DNA of 63,983 nucleotides, the filler included. It is 12 parts of 12 records of this genome, joined end to end, with 100 filler letters (N's around TTAATTAATTAA, not from the genome) between each part and the next. Parts side by side here need not be neighbours in the genome. Positions count along the whole stretch, not along the records: positions 12,195 to 17,119 come from SRR7504441_10492; positions 17,220 to 23,601 come from SRR7504441_10499; 10 more parts are not named here. One strand, written 5' to 3'. Under the pieces are notes generated by a model. The model saw nothing but the letters and a program-made list of their open reading frames with translations. It was not told where the DNA came from and ran no database searches. This document shows positions 12,195 through 23,701 of the stretch, in pieces (position 1 is the first letter of the stretch; each line of letters starts with the position of its first letter). The position numbers and the translations under genes were made by a program.

Positions 12195-12733
12195 CAGTTC
12201 CGTTTGGACAACAGCGGCGAGTGCAAAGATATTCTGTTCACAACGTCTGAGAATGAGTCTCAGCGAGATGCGCAGGCGCAGCACGATCCACTCGACGCGA
12301 AGTTTGAGGAGCACTACGCTGCCACTGCTGCCAAAGTCGAGTCGCTGAACGCTGAGCTGAGTTCGATTGAGAAGGTGAGCCCGACTGGCTGAGCCGTTTC
12401 CTGAGTGGGTTGGCTGTAGAAGCTGAGTGCTTCGACACGGCAGAAGGAGAAGAAGGCACTGAAAGCTAGAGCTAAGGCGATAGCAGATGTGTTGAAGGAA
12501 CTGAATCACTGAAGATGGCAGCAACATCGCTGCAAGATATGATTGTAAAATAGTTGAGCTGACTATGCAGCCGTATAGCAGCCGTATACGCAAGTTATAT
12601 AGCTAGCTATTAGCTGCAAAAGCTCTAGAAAGCTTTATTTAGGTTCCATTTGGTACTGAAACAACGTCCTTATTATTGTACACACTAAGTCTTACTTACT
12701 TCTCCCTACTACACACCTACTTTACATCATCGC

Positions 12734-13998
12734 TTAGAACATACAGCTCACCGGCTTCACAGCTTTACACACCAGGCTGGCCGGCACTGAATCGTGCCTA
12801 AACCTGGACAGCCTCATCTCTTGGAGAGCACAACCCAGTCGGCCCCGTCCTGGCTGGCTGTCGGCTCCGTCCGGTCCGGCTCCGGCATTAGGTGCCTGTC
12901 CCCTGCTCAGCTCCTCCACACCCGCAGCACCGAGCGATGCTCGAGCACGCCTCCTCCTTGGCGACCAGATCAACCAAACACGACGGGCACACCCTGCCCC
13001 CGCAATCGCCCTGACTGGCCGGTGCCTCACGCACCGGGCGGAGCTTGTCTTGCAGCAGTCGGCACAGCACGCAGCACCGCACCTAGACCGCCGGCTCGCC
13101 CCACCACCAAGCCACCCACGCGCCTCGAGCACTCATACTGAGCTGACCAGAACCAGAAGCCGGCCCCGCAGCCAGCACAGCTCTGGCTGGTTGGCCGTTG
13201 AGGGCTCGGTTTGTGCTCATGCCTGAGCTTGCGGACCACAGATCGCCACTGGAAGCTGCGCAGCCGTCACCTCGCCAGAGCTGGCCGGCACCGGGCAAGC
13301 AGGTCGGTGCATGCGGTGTGGCCCCAGTAAGCCGCGTAGTCTCTGGCTGACCAGCCCCACCAGTCCCGGCCCTGCCTGCCACTCAGACCGGTTCGAGCCG
13401 CAGACCCACGCTAGCCTCCACCCCCAGACTCAACAGCGCCGCGAGCACAGCCGGCCGGCCAGCCCGGGCCGCCGCAATCAGCGCGCCGGCCGCCTGGGTC
13501 GGATCCTTGGCCACGCACTCGGAAACTCCGGCCACGTCGCCGTCGGCCGCCCGCTGGGTCGGGGCACACCGCTCACCGACCAGCGCCCGGGGGAGCCTGT
13601 TGGTCCAAAGCGGGAAGTCGGGCATTTTGAATTTGTCTTGCTGGAGCAGCGCGGCGCACAGGTCCCGGGCGAAGCAGTTACAGTTGCGGGTGAGCCTGTT
13701 GTAGTCGTCAGGCTCAAAGTTGGCGCACACCCGGCCGATGGTGTCCTCCAGCTCGTGACGTCCCATCACCGCGCACCCGACCGTGAGCGGGCTACACACG
13801 CGGGGCAGCCTGCAGCTCCCGGCCGGCCGCCACGAGACCCCGGTCTGCCCGACAAAGAAGTACCTGGCCGTGGGTTGGTGGGGGTTCGGGGGGAGGGGCG
13901 CACTCTTTGGCGTCGACGAGCACGCGGGTGTGGCAAGCCAGGCCGGCCGGGAGGTACGGGATGTGATACGGTACGATCTTCACCTCGAACAGCTCCAT
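12734..13998 (-). CDS. PPPDE/DeSI-family peptidase with ankyrin-like C-terminal part, multi-exon
   Basis: CHTRVLVD (His) and YNRLTRNCNCFARDL (Cys; family motif NCNHF), plus PLWTNRL. Short GT-AG introns join ORFs 13792-13998 and 13383-13799. 3' exons are uncertain. Confidence 0.7.
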
Positions 13999-14584
13999 CG
14001 GCTCACTGCCCGGCCGCCGCGGGGCACGCGTCTCCGAGAAATGAGTGACGTACCATGGTCAAAATCCTTTGGCGTTTCCTGGCCGCTCGTTTGGCGTTGC
14101 CGTTAGAACGCGTCACCTGCTGGGCGTGGTGGCCTTTCCCGCACCTGGGCTGGTCGGTCGAGCTGGGGCACGGGCGCTGGGTCTGCCGGTGCTCCGAGCA
14201 CTGGCACGCGACCACCACGACCGAGCCCTGCGGCCGGGGCAGCTTGACCCGGTACTCGTGCGCCGGGCTGCACCCGTGGAAGACCTTCCGGAATCGAGAG
14301 GGACGGAGGGTAAGGGGTTAGCGTCATCGGCGTTCCAGGTTGATCAAAGTCACCAAGTACATGAAACCCGACGAAGCCTCCTCCTATCAGGTAGCCCTTG
14401 AAGCAGGCGCATTGATGGAGTTGCAAGCATTAATAACGTTGACGGCGGATTAATTGCAAGATTAATGAAGCACAACTTTTTTTTCGTGATGAGCAACAAC
14501 TCGGCCGGGGCAGGAATCAACAACAATCGAAACAACAACAACAGATAACAGCAAGGGCCCTGGGGGCAGAGGGGGAGCGGAGGC

Positions 14585-16850
14585 ATGCACGCGCAGCCGG
14601 CACCGGACGACACAGAGCTGTCGGCCGGACTGCTCGAGCGGTCGGCAGCCAGCCGACCGGAGCCGCGCGCCGCGCTGGCCGTCTTGCTCACGCTGGTGGT
14701 GCCGGCGGCCACGGTGCTGCTGCTGGTGCTGGGCGCCCGGTGGCTGGCCCCGGCCCAGCCGGAGGGCTGCCGGTACACCACGGTCCAGCTGCCGCCCGGG
14801 GCCACATCCGACTGCCTGCCCGGCCAGATCTACCCAGTAGGCCGCACCTGCCGGGCCGAGATCCCCGGGGGCGGCAGTTGCGCACCGGTCAGCTGCGATG
14901 CCTCAGGCGGGTTTGCCTCCCCACAGTGCGTGCCGCCAGCCCGGCCGCCTCCGGCGCACCGGACCCCGCCGACCACCGCAGCCCCGGTCCGACGGGCGGC
15001 TGTCCGGCCGCCGGTGGCGCCCGGTGCAGCGCCGCGCAGGGGGCTGCACTGGGCGAGCGGACGGGGTGGGGTGCGGTTCCTGGGCGGGATCGCTGCGCGC
15101 CGGCTGTACATTCGGGCAGTGGAGCAGCTGGCGGGCGTGGAGCAGCCTAGGCTGGCAGAGGGCCTGCAGAACTCGTTAGAGATACTCCCTGAGAAGTGGC
15201 AGCGCCGGCTGCTCAAACTCAACCTCACAGACCCAACAGACAACACTACGGTCAGCGCCTACCGGCGCGGCGCGGACCGGTTGTGGTATACTAATCTGAT
15301 GGCGATCGGCGAGGGCTCCATCCGCGTCAGAGAGAGCGTCGGCCGATTTGTGCTGGTCGAGCCTCCGTTGACCTCCACTCTGTTCAGCCCAGCCATTGGC
15401 ACGCCTGCAGCTGTGTGCGCCCCGCGGTACTCTCTACGCCGGGCGCTCCGGGGGTTGCTTCGGCGAGTTGACGAGAGCTCGCCGTGTGCCGATTTGATTG
15501 TTGTGCTGTCTGGATTGTCTCTGAGCAAGCAAGAGGATGCGGCCCAGCGCGCCGCGATCCGCAAGCTAAGACCGGGGCGGGGAGTGTGTGCCGGGTGCTG
15601 GTCGGGCAGCAAACTGAAGCGCCGCTGTGCACAGCTAGCCCAGACCAATACCGGAGTGCGCAAGGCCGGGCTGGTCTTGAAAGACTTAGTAGAGAACGAG
15701 ATGCCAGCCAGGTTTGCGTTTCTTGATGCGTTTGAGTTCACAGCGCAGATACAGCAGCACCCCAGCACCGACCTGTGGAGGCTGTACGAGGGATCGGGGC
15801 ATTACACGGCCCCGGTACTCGACAGTTTGCTACAGGCGTTGCTGGCCACTGCGAAAGCCAACCGGTTGCGCAGGCTGGACCGCACGCGAGGCTGGCATGC
15901 AGACAAGTGCCGCCGAGCGCAGGAGGAGCACAGGCGCGAGCTGGCGGCCGAGAGGGGGCAGCCTAGAGTGGACCAACGGCAGCTCGAGCTGGCAGCCGAA
16001 CGAGGACTTGTGTTTGTGGGCGACTCACCCGTGCGGCGGCTGTATATCCGGGCAGTGGCACTGCTGCGTGGGATAACGGACGAGAGGCTGGTGGAGAGCC
16101 TGCAAAACAACGTCAAGCAGCTGGACCACGAGCAGCGGAGGCGGGTTTATGAGCTGAACCTGACTGACGCATCCGGCGAGCCGTTCACAGAGTTTCGTGG
16201 CGCCGGCCGGAACAAGGTTTGCGCGATTGTGTGTGCTGTGCCTGAGCTCGGGGCAGGGAAGGTACTTTCTAAAGTATGTGTCGGTGTACGACCTTGGGGA
16301 CGACGCCCAGGAGCTGCACAAGCTGCCGGATCTAGCCGCCCGGCACACTGCGAGCGCGATTTATTTCGGGGTTCCGTTCCTGCATCTTCTGTATAATCCA
16401 ATGTGGCGGACACGGATCTGCGAGCCAGGTTTCGACTTGCATCACGTGGTGGAGAGCGCGCTCGAGGTGTTGGATACCGTGCGGGCTGGTCGGGTATTTG
16501 TGGGCACGGCTAACACGTACAGTCGGCGGGATAGCGCTGGGGCCCTGATGTATATTCAGAGACCAGAGCGAATTCAGGGCTTTCGGCGCAACTATTGTCG
16601 GAAGTGCTGGCATCAGCAGCGCTGTAACAAGTTCGGGCAGACTCAGCAAGGGATGAAGAGGGCGAATCAGATGCTACAAAGCGCAATAACGGAGCACCAT
16701 AGGCTTCAGTTGCTCAGAATGGATCGAATTACGAAAGCAGCTCCTCCGAGTGAGTACATTGGAGGCGGACATTACAAATCCAAGACACTAGATTCGCAGC
16801 TAAGCACGCTACTAGATGCAATCAGACACATCGTTCCAGCTAGCCAGTGA
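14585..16850 (+). CDS. Type II membrane protein with two tandem SGNH/PC-esterase-like domains
   Basis: N-terminal TM helix and a Cys-rich linker. The unit RRLYIRAV...LQN...LNLTD...GHY is duplicated, and the second copy has FVGDS. A ~40-nt intron near 16217 joins to ORF 16197..16850. Confidence 0.6.
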
Positions 16851-17119
16851 CTAGTCACGTCAGTAGACCGGTCAGTGACAATGACAAGAGTTCAACGCTT
16901 CATTAAAACTTTACAATAATACTCACGGGCGGTATAGAGATGTGCGAGTAATCTATACGGAAGTGTAAATGTACTATGACATGTTTTATTCAACAAGATG
17001 GCTCCGTGTAGGCTCCGTGAAGTATCCGTGAAGGCTCTGTGCATCGGCGCCCGCCTAGCTACCTGCTTCGTGCACTACATTTCATCGATTATCACACATG
17101 GCATCCAGGGTCCGCGGTC

Positions 17120-17219
17120 NNNNNNNNNNNNNNNNNNNNNNNNNNNNNNNNNNNNNNNNNNNNTTAATTAATTAANNNNNNNNNNNNNNNNNNNNNNNNN
17201 NNNNNNNNNNNNNNNNNNN
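17120..17219. other. Artificial contig linker
   Basis: N run with TTAATTAATTAA. Confidence 0.98.
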
Positions 17220-17367
17220 ACCGCCCCTTACGCGGTCGCTACGGCCACCATTCGCTCAATAGGCGCTAACCGAATAACTGCTTTCAAATCATAGTCAGTA
17301 ACTAACCGGCTGAAATAAAGAGCAGTGTCCTAAGTAGATTGTATGTCTCCGTATATACGCATACGCT

Positions 17368-18708
17368 CTAATCATGTTTATGTAGACCTGCTCGAGTACT
17401 TAGCGGTCGTGCTAACGTCCAAGTCATGTACCGCATACCCCCGTTCAATCCAAGGCAACTCAACGGCCCGTCACAGACGCCGTTAAACAGCACATCCGGG
17501 GCACCATACGTCCAGGTAGTCTTGTTGAGCTTGCCGTCCGAAAACCCCAGCTGCGGTCGCTCCATCCGGACAAAGGTCTCATGTGAGCCGTCATCAAACA
17601 GCACTCGGTAAGAGTAGGCTTGCTGCGGAGAGTTGTGCCACGTGACAGCATCGAGTGAGAAGGCGTACCTTGCCTGACCGATTCCTGTCGGGCACATCCC
17701 GTGCATCAGAAGGTGCCAGCCACGGCTCGACCGCCACAGGAATGGGTCCTCAGCCTGGCCTGCAGGGCACCACGGCTGCTCTGGCTTCACCGCGCGCGGG
17801 CTGAGCAGCGAGTACGGGCCTCGCCACGAGCTGGCGCGAGCCACCCCGATCATTGCCACATAGTGCTTGCCAATCGGGTAAGGCTGGCAGCGGCTCGACT
17901 GGAACCCGAGTGTCACGCTGCCATCCGGCGACACGTGCGGCGTGGGATTAGTCCAGCTGCCGCAAAGCTCTTGCGAGGAGGAGCTGTTGGGTCGGGTGAC
18001 CTGTTGCAACTCCCACGGCCCGAGCACCGAGCTCGCATGCGCCACGTAGATCCCGGTACCGACTGTACCTGCTGCAGGAGGCGGTGCGGCCGCGACTGTC
18101 ACATGGGGTAGATGGCCATCCAGAGCCGCTGACTGGTTCCGACAATCTTTAGCCGACTGGCCAGCACCCGAGCCGATCATGTAGAGCAAGACACTGCCAT
18201 CGGGCAGTCGGCGCACCGTCGGATTGTGAGCGAATGGCCCGATCACCCGAGCTCTGGCGCGGTAAGGCCCGTCGATCGTATCAGCTTCGGCGCGCACAAT
18301 GTAGCTGTTGGTGCCCCAGCTCTCGAGCCCACAGCCGTTGAGCATCGCCGCCGCGAACATGTGGTACTTGCCCCCCTCGTAGATACTGTTCCCGCCCCAG
18401 CTCGCCAACGAGCTGTTGTGCAGCCCGCCGGACTTGCTGGCCGGGAGCACGGCCAGCTGGTCACAACTGACACCGCGCCAGCCTGGATCGCAACGGCAGG
18501 CGCCCGCGACGCAGGCGCCGTTGAGCGAGCACGAGAGGTCGGAGCTGCAGGCCCCGGGCAGGCTGCAGCAGCTGCCGCCGCAGGAGGCACCGCAGGAGGC
18601 GCCGCAGCCGCTGAGAGGCCACGGGGTGGGCGAGGTGCACGAGCAGGCCGGGCAGCCCGAGGCGGCCGGCAGACCGAGGCTCAGCTCGACCGCGAGCAAG
18701 AGCAGCAT
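17368..18708 (-). CDS. Secreted EGF-domain + GH43-like five-bladed beta-propeller glycoside hydrolase
   Basis: Signal peptide MLLLLAVELSLG, EGF motif CSLNGAC...CRCDPGWRGVSC, and propeller motifs SWGGN, AHNP, EDPFLW and ERPQL. Intronless. Confidence 0.7.
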   Translation of the reverse strand: MLLLLAVELSLGLPAASGCPACSCTSPTPWPLSGCGASCGASCGGSCCSLPGACSSDLSCSLNGACVAGACRCDPGWRGVSCDQLAVLPASKSGGLHNSSLASWGGNSIYEGGKYHMFAAAMLNGCGLESWGTNSYIVRAEADTIDGPYRARARVIGPFAHNPTVRRLPDGSVLLYMIGSGAGQSAKDCRNQSAALDGHLPHVTVAAAPPPAAGTVGTGIYVAHASSVLGPWELQQVTRPNSSSSQELCGSWTNPTPHVSPDGSVTLGFQSSRCQPYPIGKHYVAMIGVARASSWRGPYSLLSPRAVKPEQPWCPAGQAEDPFLWRSSRGWHLLMHGMCPTGIGQARYAFSLDAVTWHNSPQQAYSYRVLFDDGSHETFVRMERPQLGFSDGKLNKTTWTYGAPDVLFNGVCDGPLSCLGLNGGMRYMTWTLARPLSTRAGLHKHD

Positions 18709-19164
18709 GCAGCCCTTGCACCTGCCATGTTCAGCAGGTTGCCGTTGGGACCATGCAATCGATCTGCATTTCATCAAATGATTGGCGCTGCCGTGTAGCT
18801 GCCGTGCGACCCGACCCACTACATGGTTTGACCTATGCACTCCTCGGTTCACGCCGCGCCAACATGTACAGCCGACTGGATGCCTCCACTCGCCGCAGGT
18901 ACGCCGCGGGTCGCGATGATCGTATCGTGTCGGTTATCACATCGTGCACACTATCGCACGTGATCATGATCGTTAATCGTACCGATGTTAGACGGGCGCC
19001 GCGCGGTACGGCCCGAACCCGCTGCACCCGGACGAGGTGTTGGTCCGGTCCCACGGGGCAGGCGAGCTCAGTCTTGCTGGGCGCTGGCCACGGCGTGGCG
19101 GATCGGGCGGGGTGCAAAAAGCGTGTGTCCAGTAGTGCTGTAATCCGGGCGTGTCGGCGTGATA

Positions 19165-19581
19165 TCAATGAGTAACCGAGCCTAGCTGACTGTCTGACTG
19201 GGTCCAGCGAGCTACCGTGCTGCTAACGTGGCCACGGGCATGGCTGGTGACGTAGCTCGGCCTCTTCGCTCGCACAGGCTTGGGCTTGGGTTTGGGCTTG
19301 GGCTTGCTTGGTGCGACGATCCCCCGGACCACCGCGGCCAGCGCTTCCCGGGCCATCTCGCTTTTGTCGGTTCTATCCACCGGCTCGTCACCGGACGAGG
19401 TCAGTTGGCTCGGCGAGCCCGTTAAGCTCCATCGCCGCTGGAACTCCTCCGGCGTCTCGATCGGATCAACTCGCTGGCGCCCGGGGATCATCCACCAGCC
19501 CACCAGCCCAGCCGCCAGCGCCAGCGCGCTGCAGAGCACCAACGTCAGGCTGACGACCCCCCCCGGCTCATTCGCAGACAT
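19165..19581 (-). CDS. Small single-pass membrane hypothetical protein
   Basis: MSANEPGG followed by the hydrophobic stretch LTLVLCSALALAAGLVGWW and a (KP)n tract. Confidence 0.4.
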   Translation of the reverse strand: MSANEPGGVVSLTLVLCSALALAAGLVGWWMIPGRQRVDPIETPEEFQRRWSLTGSPSQLTSSGDEPVDRTDKSEMAREALAAVVRGIVAPSKPKPKPKPKPVRAKRPSYVTSHARGHVSSTVARWTQSDSQLGSVTH

Positions 19582-19958
19582 TAGATCTACGTGTCCCAAC
19601 AGCCCTTCCGGATTGATGAAACAAAAGATTCTTTGCTCGTCACAAAGTCCGCTGACTTCAGCGACAACACCCGGCCGGGGTTGTTTTCGGACTGGTGCAC
19701 GCGCAAACTGCACTACGAGGAAGCGGTCCAGCTCTGCTGGACGTCCGTCCAGGTGACGCGCGGGTCAATGAGGACGAGCAGCACCCGAGCGCCGCAACGT
19801 CGGGTGCGTGCTGGTTGACCTACGGCCGGCTGCGCAGCTGACGGCGATTCTGAACCGCATAGCCCTTATGTTAGGTGGGTGGGTTGCGCCGTTGCGCGCG
19901 TTGCCGCTACCCGGCTGGCGCACGATTAGAGGACTTCATTACAAGTACCGAAGTAAGC

Positions 19959-21171
19959 TTACAAGTACATGTACAGATAAAGTACATAAGCAAACTCGCC
20001 ATCCTCGTAATCTGTCCCTGGCTCGCACGCCTCGCGTTTGCACTCACCAAGCTTGTGATCGGGCGGGTGGGTCACGCCGTGCACAGACTCGACGTAAAAG
20101 TCCGACGCCTGAAGCTCAAATCTGAGGTTGTGAGCCACCGGCTGGACCATCTGGTCAAAGCGCTTCTTGAGCGAAGACCGCCACGGCCAGGCGCCATCGA
20201 TCACGAAGCTGTTGCACCCGGCGAACGACGAGATCTGATTGAGCAGCACCTTGGCAGCCACTGCTCTCTGCTGCGAGTCGTAGACCGCGTCGCGCAGCTT
20301 GTCGTTCGAAGTTATCACGGCGTCTAAGTCACTTCCGCAGCTGCCCAGGTTGACCCCCATCGAGATCAGCGAAGTATAACACTCCACCTGCCCAGTATAA
20401 CACCGCTAGCCCTGCTCCCCGCACCTTGGGCTGGCCAGACTCGTTCTCACTCGAGGCTGCTTGTCTGATCCGGTCCACCAGCCCCAGATACGGCTCAGCC
20501 TCGCTCGGCAGGTCGAGCTCAACGTCCTCCAAGTCGAGACCCCCGTGCTCCCGCAGACCCTCCCGCTCCACCTCCTCGCGCTTCTCGTCGCTTCGTAGGT
20601 CAGATAGCACTATAACCCTGTTCAGGAAGCCAGGCTCGCTCTGCTCAGCCTCAGTGAGAAGCTCAGTCGCGAGCTGCACCCCGTCTGACAGGCACGTCCG
20701 CCCGAACGGTACCAACGGCCTAACCCGCTCGCCTGCCTCGTTGTGCTCGTACATAACGCGCTCCCTGATCTGATCGACCACGCTCGCCTCGGCGGCCGAC
20801 CATGGGGTGGCCCCATAGCCCTCCTTGACCTGGTCCAGCGAGATGGTATTGAACGCGGGCTGGTCCGACGGCGGGTACAGCCTTCTCGGCTCGCTGGCCC
20901 CGGAGGCCACCACCGCCACACGATCGCGCCCGGGCATCAGCAGCTTACGGCAGATGAACAGGATCACATCCTGTGCCAGCTCAAACCGGGTGATGGTCTG
21001 GGTATCTCGCCGGCCCTGACCGTTCAGCTGCTCCCGGCTCACGATCATATCCTGGTCCATTGTGCCGGCTGTGTCCAGCACGAACGCCAGCCCACCACAC
21101 CAAAAAATGCCACCCTGGGAGGCAGGGACAAGGTCAGGTCCCATAGTCCGGGGTAAGTCCGGGGGCACCAT
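19959..21171 (-). CDS. von Willebrand factor A domain protein (degenerate MIDAS), multi-exon; ends uncertain
   Basis: LAFVLDTAGTM, RVAVV and NRVIVLSD, then YTSLISMGV and KKRFDQMVQPVAHNL in the next exon. Confidence 0.65.
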
Positions 21172-21467
21172 GGGACATGGGCTGCGGCCTGATATCAGCT
21201 CATTTGGACCCCCTCAGTCAAGGTGCCTAACTAGCCTCGGAAAGCCTGCCGAGTACGGGAAAACCAAGGCACTGTAACCTACTGTCTGCTGACGCGACTA
21301 ACGTTTTCAATATGATTTCAATGTTTGTCATCCTGTTGAAGTAATGAAACCATTGAGGTGGTGTAAGAGTTAATTCATTGATAACGATAAAAGCACTCTA
21401 CAAAATAGTACCATTACTAGAATTATATCGACCTCAACCGAATCCTCTGTTCAAGCTCATTACAAGC

Positions 21468-23135
21468 TCATGCCGCCGCTCTTAACCTCCACACTTGGAC
21501 GTTGGCATCGCCCCACTCCAGGTTGTTCCATCCGTACACTTGCACCTCGCCAGCGGTCGGCTGGGACGGCTGCACCACCGCAGTCAGCGCAGTGTAGTTG
21601 TTCACAATCACAGAGACAAAGCTGCCGTCCACGTAGCAATGCACCGACAGAACGGCTGCGTGCCCAAGCAGCAACGGGCCGGCCCGGACTGGCAGCATAG
21701 CAGTAGGCGCGCCTTGCCAGCCCGGGTCCTGCCTCGACACATTTAGGAAGACGGTGCGCGAGCGCAGATCGACTCCAATCTGAGTGAACTCGTCTCCTAG
21801 CCCGAGCACTCGAAGACCAAACTGTGCACCACCCGCCGCTCGAGCCAATGGGAATGCCGCACGCACCTCCACCTGCATTCCAGCGTGCACTCGCTGGGAG
21901 GATCCGGTCAGCACGCGCGGCGGCCCGTCGCGCAAATCTTCTAATTCGGGGATGAACCGCTGCTGCAGCATGAGGTCGGTGCCTAATGAGAGCTCCCTGG
22001 GCAGAGCCTGGGCCGCCCAGGTGCCGTTCCCCACCCAAGCCACCACGATCCTCCTCCCAGGCCCGGTGACCCCCTGGCCAACAGCCCCAGCGAGCACCCG
22101 AGCCATCGAGTAGGGGGCGTGGCAGTTGGCCGGCAGCGCTGCGTGCATCGTCTGCAGCGCTGCTTCGCCGGTCTTGCCCTCAGCTACAGCAGAGCTGTTG
22201 TACGTATTGTCGCCCCAGTCTAGCATCCCGAGCTCGCCCGGCCCTCCAAACTGCTGCAGCCCTTGGCTGTCCACCAGCCGGCTGCCGTCCCGCTGCTCGC
22301 CCATGTAGTAGCTGTTGCCATTGCATCCATTATTAGCAAGCAGCCTCGTGGCGCCATCACGTGGGTCGCCTGGGATGCCCCCGATCAGCGTCGGGGTGAC
22401 CATCTCACCTCTCGGACTCATATCGAGCGCGCTTCGATTGGTGGTGAGCATCGGGCCGACGTAGCTGTAGGACCCGTTCAGCTGCTCGCTCCGCCACATA
22501 TCCAATCGGGAGCCTTGCGGGCACGGCACTGCGTGTGTCGTGTTGCACCCGTCTGTGGCCACAGTCACATACCAGTATCCGTCACGGTCCCGCCAGGCCA
22601 GCGAGTCGTATGCAGTCGCCCGGAAGAAGTGCGGGTTGAGCAAGTACTGCTGTGGCCCCCACCTACTGAGCGCGCCGTCAAGCGCGCAGGTGAGGAATAC
22701 AGGCACGTCGCCGGGCCAGGTGCCGTTCATTGGCCCACTGCCGTTCACGACCAGCCCCGGGCAGGCCGTGCGTGCCGGTCCGACGTTACTGCACTTTTGG
22801 CCGGCGCACACCTGGCCGGTGCGGTCGTCCACCACCGCAAATCCCGAGTAGACCCCGATGCTGTTGTTGTGGTTGGTCCAGTGGAGCAGGTCGGTCGAGC
22901 TAGCGTGCTGCCAGGCCGCGCCCACGTCCGGGTGCGCCTCGGGCGGCCAGCCGCCGAATGGGATGCAGAACTGCCAGACGTGGTGCACGCCGTCGGGGGT
23001 GGTGAGTGCGGCCGCGATGTCGTGCGGGGCCTCGATCGTGAGGCAGGCCGGACTGTTGTGCAGCTTGGGCTGCAGCCAGCCCGAGCACAGCCCCAGCAGC
23101 GCCAGACCGGCCAGCCCGGGCAGTCGCGAGCCCAT
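21468..23135 (-). CDS. Secreted GH32-like (beta-fructofuranosidase-fold) glycoside hydrolase
   Basis: Signal peptide, then HHVWQ, WQHASSTDLLHW, YSG, RRIVVAWV, QALPREL and FIPELEDLR. C-terminal beta-sandwich motif HCYVDGSFVSV. Intronless. Confidence 0.78.
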   Translation of the reverse strand: MGSRLPGLAGLALLGLCSGWLQPKLHNSPACLTIEAPHDIAAALTTPDGVHHVWQFCIPFGGWPPEAHPDVGAAWQHASSTDLLHWTNHNNSIGVYSGFAVVDDRTGQVCAGQKCSNVGPARTACPGLVVNGSGPMNGTWPGDVPVFLTCALDGALSRWGPQQYLLNPHFFRATAYDSLAWRDRDGYWYVTVATDGCNTTHAVPCPQGSRLDMWRSEQLNGSYSYVGPMLTTNRSALDMSPRGEMVTPTLIGGIPGDPRDGATRLLANNGCNGNSYYMGEQRDGSRLVDSQGLQQFGGPGELGMLDWGDNTYNSSAVAEGKTGEAALQTMHAALPANCHAPYSMARVLAGAVGQGVTGPGRRIVVAWVGNGTWAAQALPRELSLGTDLMLQQRFIPELEDLRDGPPRVLTGSSQRVHAGMQVEVRAAFPLARAAGGAQFGLRVLGLGDEFTQIGVDLRSRTVFLNVSRQDPGWQGAPTAMLPVRAGPLLLGHAAVLSVHCYVDGSFVSVIVNNYTALTAVVQPSQPTAGEVQVYGWNNLEWGDANVQVWRLRAAA

Positions 23136-23601
23136 GCCGTTAGTCCAATCCGATTCCTGGGGTGCTGGCTGTACGCCCAGCCAAGAAAACGGACCGCTCG
23201 ATCCTGGGCTCTAAGATGCAGCGGGACACCGGGGAAACTGTGGACACCCGAAAGGACTTGGCTCCGGGGCAGTTGCGCGAGCACGCACAGGCCGGGAATA
23301 AAACCCTGCTACCCAGGCTGGGGAACAAGGACAACGCTTCCCGTGGCTTCCACATCTATCGCTATCGCAACAACATCTATCACAGCAGCAATCACAGCAG
23401 CAATCACGGATTCGGATCAGGGGTGGACGCAGCAGCAGCAGCAGGAGGCTACAAGCTGATCAAGGTCGACAACTGCCTATCAAGGTTGGCCTATGAAGCT
23501 GGGTTGGGCATCGCCGTGACTTTGGACATCAGCACCATTGCGTTGGCAAGAGTACCAGTACTTGCACATGCTCACTTCCTTGCTTGAGAAGGCGGGCTTG
23601 C

Positions 23602-23701
23602 NNNNNNNNNNNNNNNNNNNNNNNNNNNNNNNNNNNNNNNNNNNNTTAATTAATTAANNNNNNNNNNNNNNNNNNNNNNNNNNNNNNNNNNNNNNNNNNN
23701 N
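23602..23701. other. Artificial contig linker
   Basis: N run with TTAATTAATTAA. Confidence 0.98.

Noticed and set aside
14003-14300. Possible SWIM-type zinc finger (CQC...C...H) on the minus strand
   Set aside because: There is no convincing start or splice model and the motif is incomplete.
14585-23135. Carbohydrate-enzyme gene cluster (SGNH, GH43-like, GH32)
   Set aside because: A contig break at 17120 separates them and unrelated genes intervene, so there is no evidence of a functional cluster.
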